Assembly: GCA_029256185.1 (NCBI GenBank)
Contig: JAQSYI010000003.1
Coordinates: 202,409-266,408, forward strand
Length of the DNA stretch: 64,000 bases
Direction of reading: 5' to 3'
Source: Paenibacillaceae bacterium
GTDB lineage: Bacteria; Bacillota; Bacilli; Paenibacillales; NBRC-103111
Part shown: one piece after another, positions 1-7,559 of the stretch
How the letters are laid out: each line of letters starts with the position of its first letter
How positions within the stretch are numbered: position 1 is the stretch's first letter
Notes under the pieces: model-generated
What the model was told of the DNA's origin: nothing
The model's input: only the letters and a program-made list of their open reading frames with translations
Databases searched by the model: none
Translations under genes and position numbers: made by a program

Positions 1-317
1 TGACGCGTCAACTTTAATTAACGTCCGGAAAGAATACCATCCAACGGCAGAATGGCCGCCTGTTTCCATGTGGCATTCATAATTGAAAGAACCTTTTGAC
101 CCTCAATTGATTGCTCATGACCGGGCTCTAAACTTCAACGCCCCTCCGTTCCAGGCAGGCTCGGATAACCCCCTCGGCCGCCATTCTGGCCATCCGGTAA
201 CCCAGCCTCAACCTCTTATCCCAAGCCTAATTCCACCAGAAGCCGCTTATTCCCTGCCTGCCCCGGAAAACAAATATAGTATGCGCAGGAACGGTCCGGC
301 TTCTTCCTCCATTACAT

Positions 318-361
318 GAGGAACAGCCCGCGCCAATGAAAAATGGCGTGGGCTGTTCCTC
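318..361. terminator. GC-rich 18-bp hairpin downstream of the kinase gene (terminator or REP-like)
   Basis: GAGGAACAGCCCGCGCCA (318-335) pairs with TGGCGTGGGCTGTTCCTC (344-361). There is no clear poly-U tail, so terminator function is uncertain. Confidence 0.45.
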
Positions 362-406
362 CGCTTATCCGCCGCGGATTCAGCGATCTGTATTTTTAGC
401 GCAATA

Positions 407-1480
407 TCATTGCGGCTCCACTTTTAACCTGACGGTGAAGGTGGACCCCTTGCCCGGTTCGCTCTTGACCGATATGGAGCCTCCTGCCAATTCAATGACG
501 CGCAGCGTAAGCGCCAGGCCAAGCCCGTTGCCCTCGCCGGAATGGGAGGTATCTCCCTGGTAGAATTTATCGAAGATATGCTTCATGGTTTCCTTGTCCA
601 TGCCGCAGCCCGTGTCGGATACGGAAACCGTCACCGAATCCTCGTCCGAGGCTTGCGTCAAGGTGATTGTTCCCCCGGGCTCCGTGAATTTCAGAGCATT
701 GGAAAGCAGGTTATGCCATACGATCTCCAGCATGCTTGCATCGGCCCGGACCATGGCGCGGTCATCCAGATCCGCCACAAACTCAATACCCTTCTGCTCC
801 CATGCATTCTCAAAAGTAAGCGCGCAGTCGCAGAGCTGGCGGCACAGATCGAAGGGCTCTGCTGCGGGACTGATCTCCTGATTGCCCAGCTTATTGAGCT
901 TTAGGATATTCGTCACCAGCGATGTGAGATTTTTGGAGGCGGTGATGATCGTATCGGCATATTCCTTGCGCTTCTCCCGGGGCAAATCCTCTTTTTGCAG
1001 CGCCGTGGCATAGCTTTGGATCACCGAAAGAGGCGTCTTGATTTCATGGGAGACATTGGCGATAAAGTCGTTTTTTAACGTTTCGATGCTGCCCAGTTCC
1101 TCTACCATCTTATTGAAGTCCTCAAACATCACATCCACATAATCCAGCTTGTCTGCGGTATGTGTTGGCTCCAGATAAACCGAGAAATCCCCCTCGGCAA
1201 CTTGCTTGGCAGCTTCGCTGAGCTTTCTCATGGGTTTGTCGAAGGCGAGGAACTTCTGGCGAGCCGTAACCATGCAGAATACGGCGGTAACAATCGCCCA
1301 ATACCCCAGCATCCCCCAGATATATTCCGGAGGCATCTGGTCAAAATCCATATATTCCGCATAAATCATACCTTGTCCGGCAGACAGCGTCAGCAGCACA
1401 AAATAAGTCAGCGCATATTCCCGCCACCGGAAATGCCTGGATTTCACCCGGAGATCCTGTTCGACCGGCTTCTTTTTCAT
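407..1480 (-). CDS. Sensor histidine kinase (2 TM + HAMP + HisKA + HATPase), intramembrane-sensing type
   Basis: H-box FIANVSHEIKTPL, N-box WHNLLSNALKFT, G1 DTGCGM, F-box IFDKFYQGD and G2 GNGLGLAL. Two N-terminal hydrophobic segments are separated by only ~12 residues. Overlaps the regulator stop by 4 nt. Confidence 0.95.
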   Translation of the reverse strand: MKKKPVEQDLRVKSRHFRWREYALTYFVLLTLSAGQGMIYAEYMDFDQMPPEYIWGMLGYWAIVTAVFCMVTARQKFLAFDKPMRKLSEAAKQVAEGDFSVYLEPTHTADKLDYVDVMFEDFNKMVEELGSIETLKNDFIANVSHEIKTPLSVIQSYATALQKEDLPREKRKEYADTIITASKNLTSLVTNILKLNKLGNQEISPAAEPFDLCRQLCDCALTFENAWEQKGIEFVADLDDRAMVRADASMLEIVWHNLLSNALKFTEPGGTITLTQASDEDSVTVSVSDTGCGMDKETMKHIFDKFYQGDTSHSGEGNGLGLALTLRVIELAGGSISVKSEPGKGSTFTVRLKVEPQ

Positions 1481-2166
1481 TCCAATACCGCCTTGTAGCC
1501 CAGGCCGTGCACGGTGACGATCTTGAAATCCTGGCAGCCGGAGAACTTATCCCGGAGCTTCGTGATATACACATCCACCGCGCGCAGGCTGGTTTCACTG
1601 CCGATGCCCCAGAACTCGTCCATGAGCTGTGCGCGGGAATGGGTGCGCTTGGGATAGGACAGCAGCTTGTAGAGGATATTGAATTCCCGTACGGTTATAG
1701 GGATTTCTTCACCGTTTACCGAAGCAGTCATGGCATCCGCGTCCATCACAAGACTTCCTACAGCCAACCGCTTTTCATTGGTGATATTCCCCCGGCGGAG
1801 CAGCGCGCCCACACGGAGCACCAATTCTTCGATATCGATGGGCTTGACCATATAATCGTCGATGCCGGCGCGGAACCCCTTCTGCTTGGACGAAATATCG
1901 TCGCGGGCGGTCATGAACAGAATAGGGATGGTCTTATTGATATCCCGCACGGTTTCGGCAAATTCAAAACCGTCAATCCCCGGCATCATAATGTCCGAAA
2001 TGATCAGATCGTACAAATGGTTATACATCAAGCTATACGCTTCCTGCGGATTCAAACAGCCCTTCGCGGCATATCCGTTATCATTCAGATACGTGCAGAC
2101 GATTTGGTTAAGCTTCACATCATCTTCCACAACAAGTATGTTGATCATGGCAAAACCCCTGCGCAT
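1477..2166 (-). CDS. OmpR/PhoB-family response regulator
   Basis: REC domain (ILVVEDD, IISDIMMPGIDG, GIDDYMVKP) and winged-helix C-terminus (RAVDVYITKLRDK, TVHGLGYK). Confidence 0.96.
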   Translation of the reverse strand: MRRGFAMINILVVEDDVKLNQIVCTYLNDNGYAAKGCLNPQEAYSLMYNHLYDLIISDIMMPGIDGFEFAETVRDINKTIPILFMTARDDISSKQKGFRAGIDDYMVKPIDIEELVLRVGALLRRGNITNEKRLAVGSLVMDADAMTASVNGEEIPITVREFNILYKLLSYPKRTHSRAQLMDEFWGIGSETSLRAVDVYITKLRDKFSGCQDFKIVTVHGLGYKAVLE

Positions 2167-2181
2167 ATTTTATAGTTGCTA

Positions 2182-2222
2182 CGATTATAACAACCAAATA
2201 TTTGAGAAATGTTAAAGAAAAG
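2182..2222 (-). promoter_or_regulatory. Promoter of the RR-HK operon: extended -10 (TGnTATAAT) plus an 11-bp-period direct-repeat box
   Basis: Minus strand reads CTTTTCTTTAA-CATTTCTCAAA-tatttggtTGtTATAAT. The box recurs at 7064-7085. Confidence 0.6.
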
Positions 2223-2363
2223 CCGCAGGCGCAAAAAATAAGTCGGCGTTCAGGCTAAAGCTTGCGCAGTATCCATTATATGGTAAACTAATTGCAAATG
2301 TCCCAATAGCTGACTGGCCCATGTGCCTAAAGGGAGAATAAATGGCCCGGGTGTGAGCAGCCG

Positions 2364-2768
2364 CCCCCGCTCCCGGGGCAACAGCTTGCACTTTGCCAGC
2401 TGTTGCGGACTTTTCCTCCCGCCCCCGATGCAACAGCTTGCATTTTGATTGCTGTTGCAGAGCTTTGCTCCATCTCCCGGGGCGACGGCTTGCATTTTGA
2501 CAGCTGTTGCAGAGCTTTGCTCCCGCTCCCGATGCAACAGCTTGCATTTTGACAGCTGTTGCGGAGCTTTGCTCCCGCCCCCGGTGCAACAGCTTGCATT
2601 TTGACAGCTGTTGCGGAGCTTTGCTCCCGCTACCGGTGCAACAGCTTGCATTTTGACAGCTGTTGTGGACTTTTGCTCCCGCTCTCGATGCAACAGCTTG
2701 CATTCTGCTAGCTGTTGTGGAATTTAGCTCCCGCTCCCGAGACAACAGCTTGCATTCTGCTAGCTGTG
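2364..2768. repeat. Tandem array of eight 52-bp units, each with a GCAACAGC-N13-GCTGTTGC palindrome
   Basis: Unit starts at 2378, 2430, 2482, 2534, 2586, 2638, 2690 and 2742 (exact 52-bp period). The linkers are mutually similar (ggagctttgctcccgcycccgrt). Confidence 0.95.
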
Positions 2769-2957
2769 ACGTGCGGCTGATCATCGGAATTGCGTTGCAA
2801 CGATCCATCACCCTCGGCCAGTAGCTTTTCGGACCATGTTTGATTTTTGCCGCTTAGGATTGTAATTTTTCAGCATTGTGATGCAGCTTAGATCGTTCAG
2901 GAATTTAAGACAAACGACTGTCGGTGTATTTTGGCGAAGCAGCGCAATCCCCTTAGC

Positions 2958-3141
2958 TTACGGACATCAGCGCTCTTATTTGGCCAAAATCCGAGGGTTA
3001 GGAATTCTAACGGACTCAGTTGCTCTTATGTGACTCCCTTGCCCCCCATCTAGGGGGAATTCGGCATAATAAGGTTTTTCCAGTCCGTTAAACTGCACTA
3101 ACCCCTGCTTTTTCCGCAAATAACGTCCTTCAGGTCCGTCA
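2958..3141. repeat. ~185-bp composite palindromic intergenic element (2 forward + 2 inverted TAACGGAC...TATT units around a central hairpin)
   Basis: Units at 2958, 3008, 3068 and 3119, with central CCCCCATCTAGGGGG. A homologous copy lies in the opposite orientation at 24611-24791. Confidence 0.8.
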
Positions 3142-3227
3142 GCCGAGCTGGGTTGGAGTTCAAAAACCGGGAGCGATGCGAGTATCGCGATAATAGAAGC
3201 ATCCAAAACATAAGCTTGCCCTTTCAG

Positions 3228-3400
3228 CCAGGTAGGCACCTTCTCATGTATGCGCTAAGCGGTTTCCGCCGGGTAGCTCCCTCCCTTGCATGCGCTAAGC
3301 CCTTTCCGCCAGGTAGCCACCTTCTCATGTATGCGCTAAGCGCGTTTCCGCCGGGTAGCCCGCTTCTCTTGCGCTAAGCCTTTTCCGCAAAGTAACCCGC
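3228..3400. repeat. ~40-bp degenerate tandem repeat (GCGCTAAGC...TTTCCGCCrGGTAGC) with 81-bp higher-order duplication
   Basis: The GCGCTAAGC core occurs at 3252, 3292, 3333 and 3371. The segments starting at 3228 and 3309 are nearly identical. Confidence 0.85.
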
Positions 3401-3468
3401 TTCGCAAGCACAAGCTTATTATGCCCTCCAAGAGTTTTGCTTTCGGGTGCCCCGAAACTTATAAATTC

Positions 3469-4851
3469 TTACGTGCAAACAGGACTTTCCGCCTCGGCCC
3501 CACAGCCGGAACAGCGGCCTGAGCAAGCATGCAGCCTGTCTGCCACAGGGGCCCACTTCCCGGCGGTATCCCTGCATTTTGCCGCAAGGTCACGGACGTC
3601 CTCCGGGTTCTGCAGGTCGGTGGAATGGGCCCCGGAGAGCTCCACCATCCGGACAAGAGCATCGGGATTATCCAGCAGCGGACAAGGCCGCAGGTGATTG
3701 CCGTTAAACGGCTGGCCGTTCTTATAGGCCATAAACAGCGGGGACTGCAAGGCTTCCAGCAGCGTCTTGTCACGGATGTTGGAATCGGAATAATGGATGA
3801 AGGCGCATGGCTCCATATCCCCGTTGGCATTGATATGCAGATACCGTCTTCCGCCCGCAATACATCCGCCGGCATATTCCCCGTCATTCCAGAAATCCAT
3901 CGTAAACAGGGGCTTCGTCTCCCGGAAGCGGCGAATCTGGGAGTACATGAAGGCACGCTGTTCGGCAGTCGCCATCAGCTCGGGCACCGCCTCCTTGCCC
4001 ACGGGCATATAAGTAAAGAACCAGCAGAACTTGGCTCCCCATTGGATCATCTGGTCGAAATACTCCTCGGAGCCGATCATCTCCACATTCTTGCTTGTAT
4101 AGCAGCACGAGGTGCCAAAGGGCAGGCGCTTGGCTTTAAGGATCGCCATGGCCTTCTCCACCTTGTTGAAGGTGCCCCCGCCCCGGCGGAAATCCGTGTC
4201 TTCTTCCATTCCTTCCACACTGATTGCGGGAATAAAGTTCTTCACCCGCAGCATCTCATCGGCAAAGGCCTCATCAATGAGGGTGCCGTTGGTAAAGGCG
4301 GCAAACTGGCAATCGGGATGCGCCTCACAAAGGCGGATGATGTCCGCCTTGCGCACCATAGGCTCTCCGCCCGAGTACAGATAGAAATATATGCCCAGTT
4401 CTTTGCCTTGGGAAATAATCGTGTCCAGCGTCTCATAAGACATATTCAGCTTATTGCCGTATTCCGCCGCCCAACAGCCCGTGCAGTGCAGATTGCAGGC
4501 GGAGGTGGGGTCCATCAGGATGGCCCAGGGGATATTGCTGCCGTATTTCTCCCGATTGATCTCCCGTTTCGGATTTCCGATAATACTGGCATTCAGCACG
4601 AAATTGCGGAACAGGGTTTTCAGGATGTCATTGTCAATGTCCTCCCAGAGTCCCATGATATATTGATGCCAATTATTTTCCGGTTTATCCAGGATTTCAT
4701 GAAATACTTCCTTGTGAGCGGCAAAATCCTCCCCCCAGCCCATATAGTCTATCCACGCAAGGAGCTTGGGCAAATTTTTATGCGGATTGCCGGATATATA
4801 GTTCATGGCCTGCTTCAGGGCAAACGCCTGCATTTTATGCTTCGTCTTCAT
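3469..4851 (-). CDS. Radical SAM enzyme with C-terminal SPASM/twitch-like cysteine cluster, function unknown
   Basis: CxxxCxxC motif (TSACNLHCTGCW), SGGEP and TNGT motifs, C-terminal GCIAGG...EPCAF...RPCPLLD and a CSGRCSGC tail. RBS GGAGAGG lies upstream. Confidence 0.92.
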   Translation of the reverse strand: MKTKHKMQAFALKQAMNYISGNPHKNLPKLLAWIDYMGWGEDFAAHKEVFHEILDKPENNWHQYIMGLWEDIDNDILKTLFRNFVLNASIIGNPKREINREKYGSNIPWAILMDPTSACNLHCTGCWAAEYGNKLNMSYETLDTIISQGKELGIYFYLYSGGEPMVRKADIIRLCEAHPDCQFAAFTNGTLIDEAFADEMLRVKNFIPAISVEGMEEDTDFRRGGGTFNKVEKAMAILKAKRLPFGTSCCYTSKNVEMIGSEEYFDQMIQWGAKFCWFFTYMPVGKEAVPELMATAEQRAFMYSQIRRFRETKPLFTMDFWNDGEYAGGCIAGGRRYLHINANGDMEPCAFIHYSDSNIRDKTLLEALQSPLFMAYKNGQPFNGNHLRPCPLLDNPDALVRMVELSGAHSTDLQNPEDVRDLAAKCRDTAGKWAPVADRLHACSGRCSGCGAEAESPVCT

Positions 4852-4889
4852 ATTTTCCCTCTCCTTTTCCTGTTGCCTGATCCGTCCTT

Positions 4890-6392
4890 TTATTTGGTTT
4901 GCCCCGGCACTGCCAAGGGTTTGACCGGTTCATTGGCTTTGTTGCCGGGTTGCGCAATGCCCCCCTGGTTCGTCTTCTTAATGAAAAAGGACAGCGCCAG
5001 TCCGATTAATCCAAAGATGATCACGGCCAAATAAGCGTCGTTCATGCCTTCAATCGAAGCCTTCTGCAGCAGCAGCGCCTGATCGGGAATGGTTCCCGCC
5101 GCTCCCAGCTTCATGGCGTGGCTCTCTGTCCGGTTGCTCAGAATAGTCACCAGCAGCGCTGTTCCGATCGCGCCCGCCACTTGCTTGACCGTATTGGAGA
5201 TCGCGGTTCCGTGGGCATGCAGCGCCGGGGGCAGCTGGTTAAGCCCGGCCGTTGTAATGGGCATCAGGAACAGCGCCATGCCGATCCGTCTTCCGGCCGA
5301 CATGAGCATGAGGTACAGATAGCCGGTGGAGTCTGTTAAGGACATAAATCCGGCTGTCGTCACAATCGTAATGGCAATCCCGCTAATGGACAGCCATTTG
5401 GCCCCGAACCGGTCAAACAGTTTGCCGGACAGCGGCATCAGCAGGCCCATCAGCAATGCTCCGGGCAACATGAGAATTCCCGTATCAAATGCGGAATACT
5501 GTCTCATATTCTGCAGATAGATGGGCAGCAGGATCATATCCGAATACATCACTATGGTCGCCACAATATTAATGATGGTTGTCAGGCTGAACATGTTGTA
5601 CCGAAAGGACCTTAAATCCAGCAATGGATTATCGCTTCTCAGTTGGCTGACAGAGAACAGAACCAGTGCGCACACCCCCACAGCCAGGGCGACGATCACT
5701 TCTGGGCTGGACCAGCCTGCGGCCCCCGCTCTGCTGAACCCGTAGAGCAATGTGCCGAATCCAAGAGTGGATACGGCCATTCCCATGCCATCCAGCTTGG
5801 GATAAAGGCGCTTCGTCACATTTTTCAGGTAGAAGATTGAGAGAAGAGCAACCATCACGGACAAGGGAACCATCACGTAAAACAACGAGCGCCAGCTAAA
5901 ATGGTCCAGCATAAACCCGGCATAAACCGGGCCCACGGCCGGTGCCAGGACGGTGGATAACCCGATCAAGCCCATTACACCTCCCCGCTTCTGCTCGGGA
6001 ATGATCACAAGCACCACGTTCATCAGCAAGGGCATAATAATCCCAGCGCCGGCAGCCTGAATGAGCCGCCCGACCAACAGAACTTCAAACCCGGGAGCCG
6101 CGCCCGCTATCACGGATCCGGCCAGAAACGAGAGCATGGACGCGAGAAATAGCTCGCGGGTTGTAAAGCGCTGCATCAGATAGGCGGTTATGGGAATCAA
6201 TACCCCGTTCACCAGCATATATCCGGTTGTCAGCCACTGGGCCGTTGACGCTGCGATATGGAAATCCGTAATCAGCTCGGGAAGCGCCACGGTCATAATG
6301 GTTTGGTTCAGAATGGCTATGAAGGCGCCCAGGATCATAATAAAGAGAATCGGGCCTTTTTTGACAGCATGGGTTTCCAATTGTTCGTTCAT
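4890..6392 (-). CDS. DHA2 (EmrB/QacA/LmrB-like) 14-TM MFS efflux transporter
   Basis: LNQTIMTVALP, QWLTTGYML, LLVGRLIQAAGAG (motif C region), many hydrophobic helices. Confidence 0.93.
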   Translation of the reverse strand: MNEQLETHAVKKGPILFIMILGAFIAILNQTIMTVALPELITDFHIAASTAQWLTTGYMLVNGVLIPITAYLMQRFTTRELFLASMLSFLAGSVIAGAAPGFEVLLVGRLIQAAGAGIIMPLLMNVVLVIIPEQKRGGVMGLIGLSTVLAPAVGPVYAGFMLDHFSWRSLFYVMVPLSVMVALLSIFYLKNVTKRLYPKLDGMGMAVSTLGFGTLLYGFSRAGAAGWSSPEVIVALAVGVCALVLFSVSQLRSDNPLLDLRSFRYNMFSLTTIINIVATIVMYSDMILLPIYLQNMRQYSAFDTGILMLPGALLMGLLMPLSGKLFDRFGAKWLSISGIAITIVTTAGFMSLTDSTGYLYLMLMSAGRRIGMALFLMPITTAGLNQLPPALHAHGTAISNTVKQVAGAIGTALLVTILSNRTESHAMKLGAAGTIPDQALLLQKASIEGMNDAYLAVIIFGLIGLALSFFIKKTNQGGIAQPGNKANEPVKPLAVPGQTK

Positions 6393-6445
6393 GGTTTATT
6401 TATCCTTTCTGCGTCTGCGGCGCAGCAAATTGCCTTGCCAATGGC

Positions 6446-6979
6446 TTACTGGCCCAGCAGAGTGTTGGCCTTTTCGCATACCTCGTAGATTTCGTCGTGC
6501 TTTTGATCGATCAGGGGCGCAACCTTGGTTGCTCTTTTCTTATGAATCGCGTTGTAGCAGAAGTACGGAACAATCCATCCGATGAAAGCGGGGACCGCCA
6601 GAAGAATGGAAAGAGGCAGCATGTCAGCCAAATAGGCGAACACAGATCCGGCCATAAACGCCGTTCCCACAATGCCGGTGGAAAAAGCGGCAATGGCAGC
6701 CCCGCTGATTTTGGATTTCTCCAGCATTTCCATGTCGCGGATGCAAGAATCGGCCTGGCGCTGGAGTCTGGTCAGCTCAGCCTTATTGCGGATTTTGCGG
6801 TCGCGCTTGAATTTCAGCGTAACGGACGAAAAGCCCTGCAGAGGCTGGGAGGCTCCTTCCAGTGTCCAGCCGAAATTGGTATAGCAATCGGCATATAGCG
6901 ATTCCATATTGCGGCTGACGGTAATGTCCTTGTACTCATACCCCACAAAGTTGTGAGCGTTCTTCGTCATTTCGTTCAT
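6446..6979 (-). CDS. Hypothetical protein with two C-terminal TM helices
   Basis: Good RBS (AAGGAGAG) and first gene of the operon. A soluble/coiled N-terminal part is followed by hydrophobic AAIAAFSTGIVGTAFMAGSVFAYL and LSILLAVPAFIGWIVPYFCY. Confidence 0.8.
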   Translation of the reverse strand: MNEMTKNAHNFVGYEYKDITVSRNMESLYADCYTNFGWTLEGASQPLQGFSSVTLKFKRDRKIRNKAELTRLQRQADSCIRDMEMLEKSKISGAAIAAFSTGIVGTAFMAGSVFAYLADMLPLSILLAVPAFIGWIVPYFCYNAIHKKRATKVAPLIDQKHDEIYEVCEKANTLLGQ

Positions 6980-7063
6980 CGTAATCTCTCCTTGTTAATT
7001 CATATTTTCAATAGGCTGTATGATTTGATGAACTTAGCTTACCGCGGGGTTATTTACAACTTG

Positions 7064-7085
7064 CTTGCGAAATGTTTAAGAAATA
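7064..7085 (-). promoter_or_regulatory. Candidate response-regulator box upstream of the hypothetical-MFS-rSAM operon
   Basis: 7065-7083 TTGCGAAATGTTTAAGAAA vs 2202-2220 TTGAGAAATGTTAAAGAAA (17/19 identical). Confidence 0.6.
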
Positions 7086-7100
7086 TTAAATGCTCCGTGA

Positions 7101-7141
7101 GGAAAACCTGGCGGAAGAACACCGCCAGGTGCTTTTTTTAT
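7101..7141. terminator. Intrinsic terminator-like hairpin
   Basis: AAAACCTGGCGG-aagaaca-CCGCCAGGTGC followed by a T7 run on the plus strand. The minus strand also gives a short T-run. Confidence 0.6.
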
Positions 7142-7186
7142 TGCCAAGGGAGTAACGACTTACTGCAGTCCCGCCCCGCCTACTCC

Positions 7187-7380
7187 TAACGGAAATTTTT
7201 TCCGCTATTCCTGCAAATTCTTCATTTCTCTCTGATTTAGCGGAAATTTTTTCCGCTATTTCCTCCTGGACTCCCCAAAACAGGCATTTTGATCTGGTTT
7301 TGAGGAGTTAACGGAAATTTTTTCCGCTAAATCTCGGTAAATACCGAAAACTGTCCCGATAACGGAAAAAATTTCCGTTA
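7187..7380. repeat. Four copies of a 21-bp palindrome TARCGGAAA-N3-TTTCCGYTA spaced 51/71/51 bp
   Basis: Copies at 7187, 7238, 7309 and 7360 (last one inverted), with a central hairpin at ~7270-7308. Confidence 0.9.
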
Positions 7381-7460
7381 ACCTCGTCCCAAGTGCCCCT
7401 TATTTACCTTACGCCCTTTCGCGCTGTAAGGCACTTAAGCATTCTGATGTGGTAGCAAAG

Positions 7461-7490
7461 ACAAAAACCCTTCCGAAGAAGGGTTTTTGT
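7461..7490. terminator. Bidirectional rho-independent terminator
   Basis: ACAAAAACCCTTC-CGAA-GAAGGGTTTTTGT, a perfect 13-bp stem downstream of the COG0523 gene. Confidence 0.85.
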
Positions 7491-7559
7491 CCAAGCGGCA
7501 ATGATTAATGGTTTTTACCGGATTTCCCGGTGCAGCGCTGAGCATCCTGTTCAGCAGCA

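Noticed and set aside
1-320. Small ORFs at the left edge (83-319 plus; a 20-codon minus ORF)
   Set aside because: No RBS or homology cues, and composition is not protein-like.
2364-2768. CRISPR array interpretation of the 52-bp repeats
   Set aside because: The ~23-nt linkers are homologous to one another rather than unique spacers, and no cas genes are present.
2212-2811. ORFs of 199, 147 and 90 aa over the tandem array
   Set aside because: They are translations of a 52-bp repeat (not a multiple of 3) open in several frames, with no RBS or protein-like signal.
3240-3468. Possible RiPP precursor peptide near the radical SAM gene
   Set aside because: The short ORFs here and in 6980-7190 derive from repeats or lack a convincing RBS/start and leader-core pattern.
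3529-5034. 501-aa plus-strand ORF and similar long antisense ORFs (15981-17252, 27909-29345, 31605-33227, 36944-38239, 40780-41871, 55010-56386)
   Set aside because: Shadow ORFs antisense to well-supported genes, expected from high-GC codon bias; no recognisable motifs.
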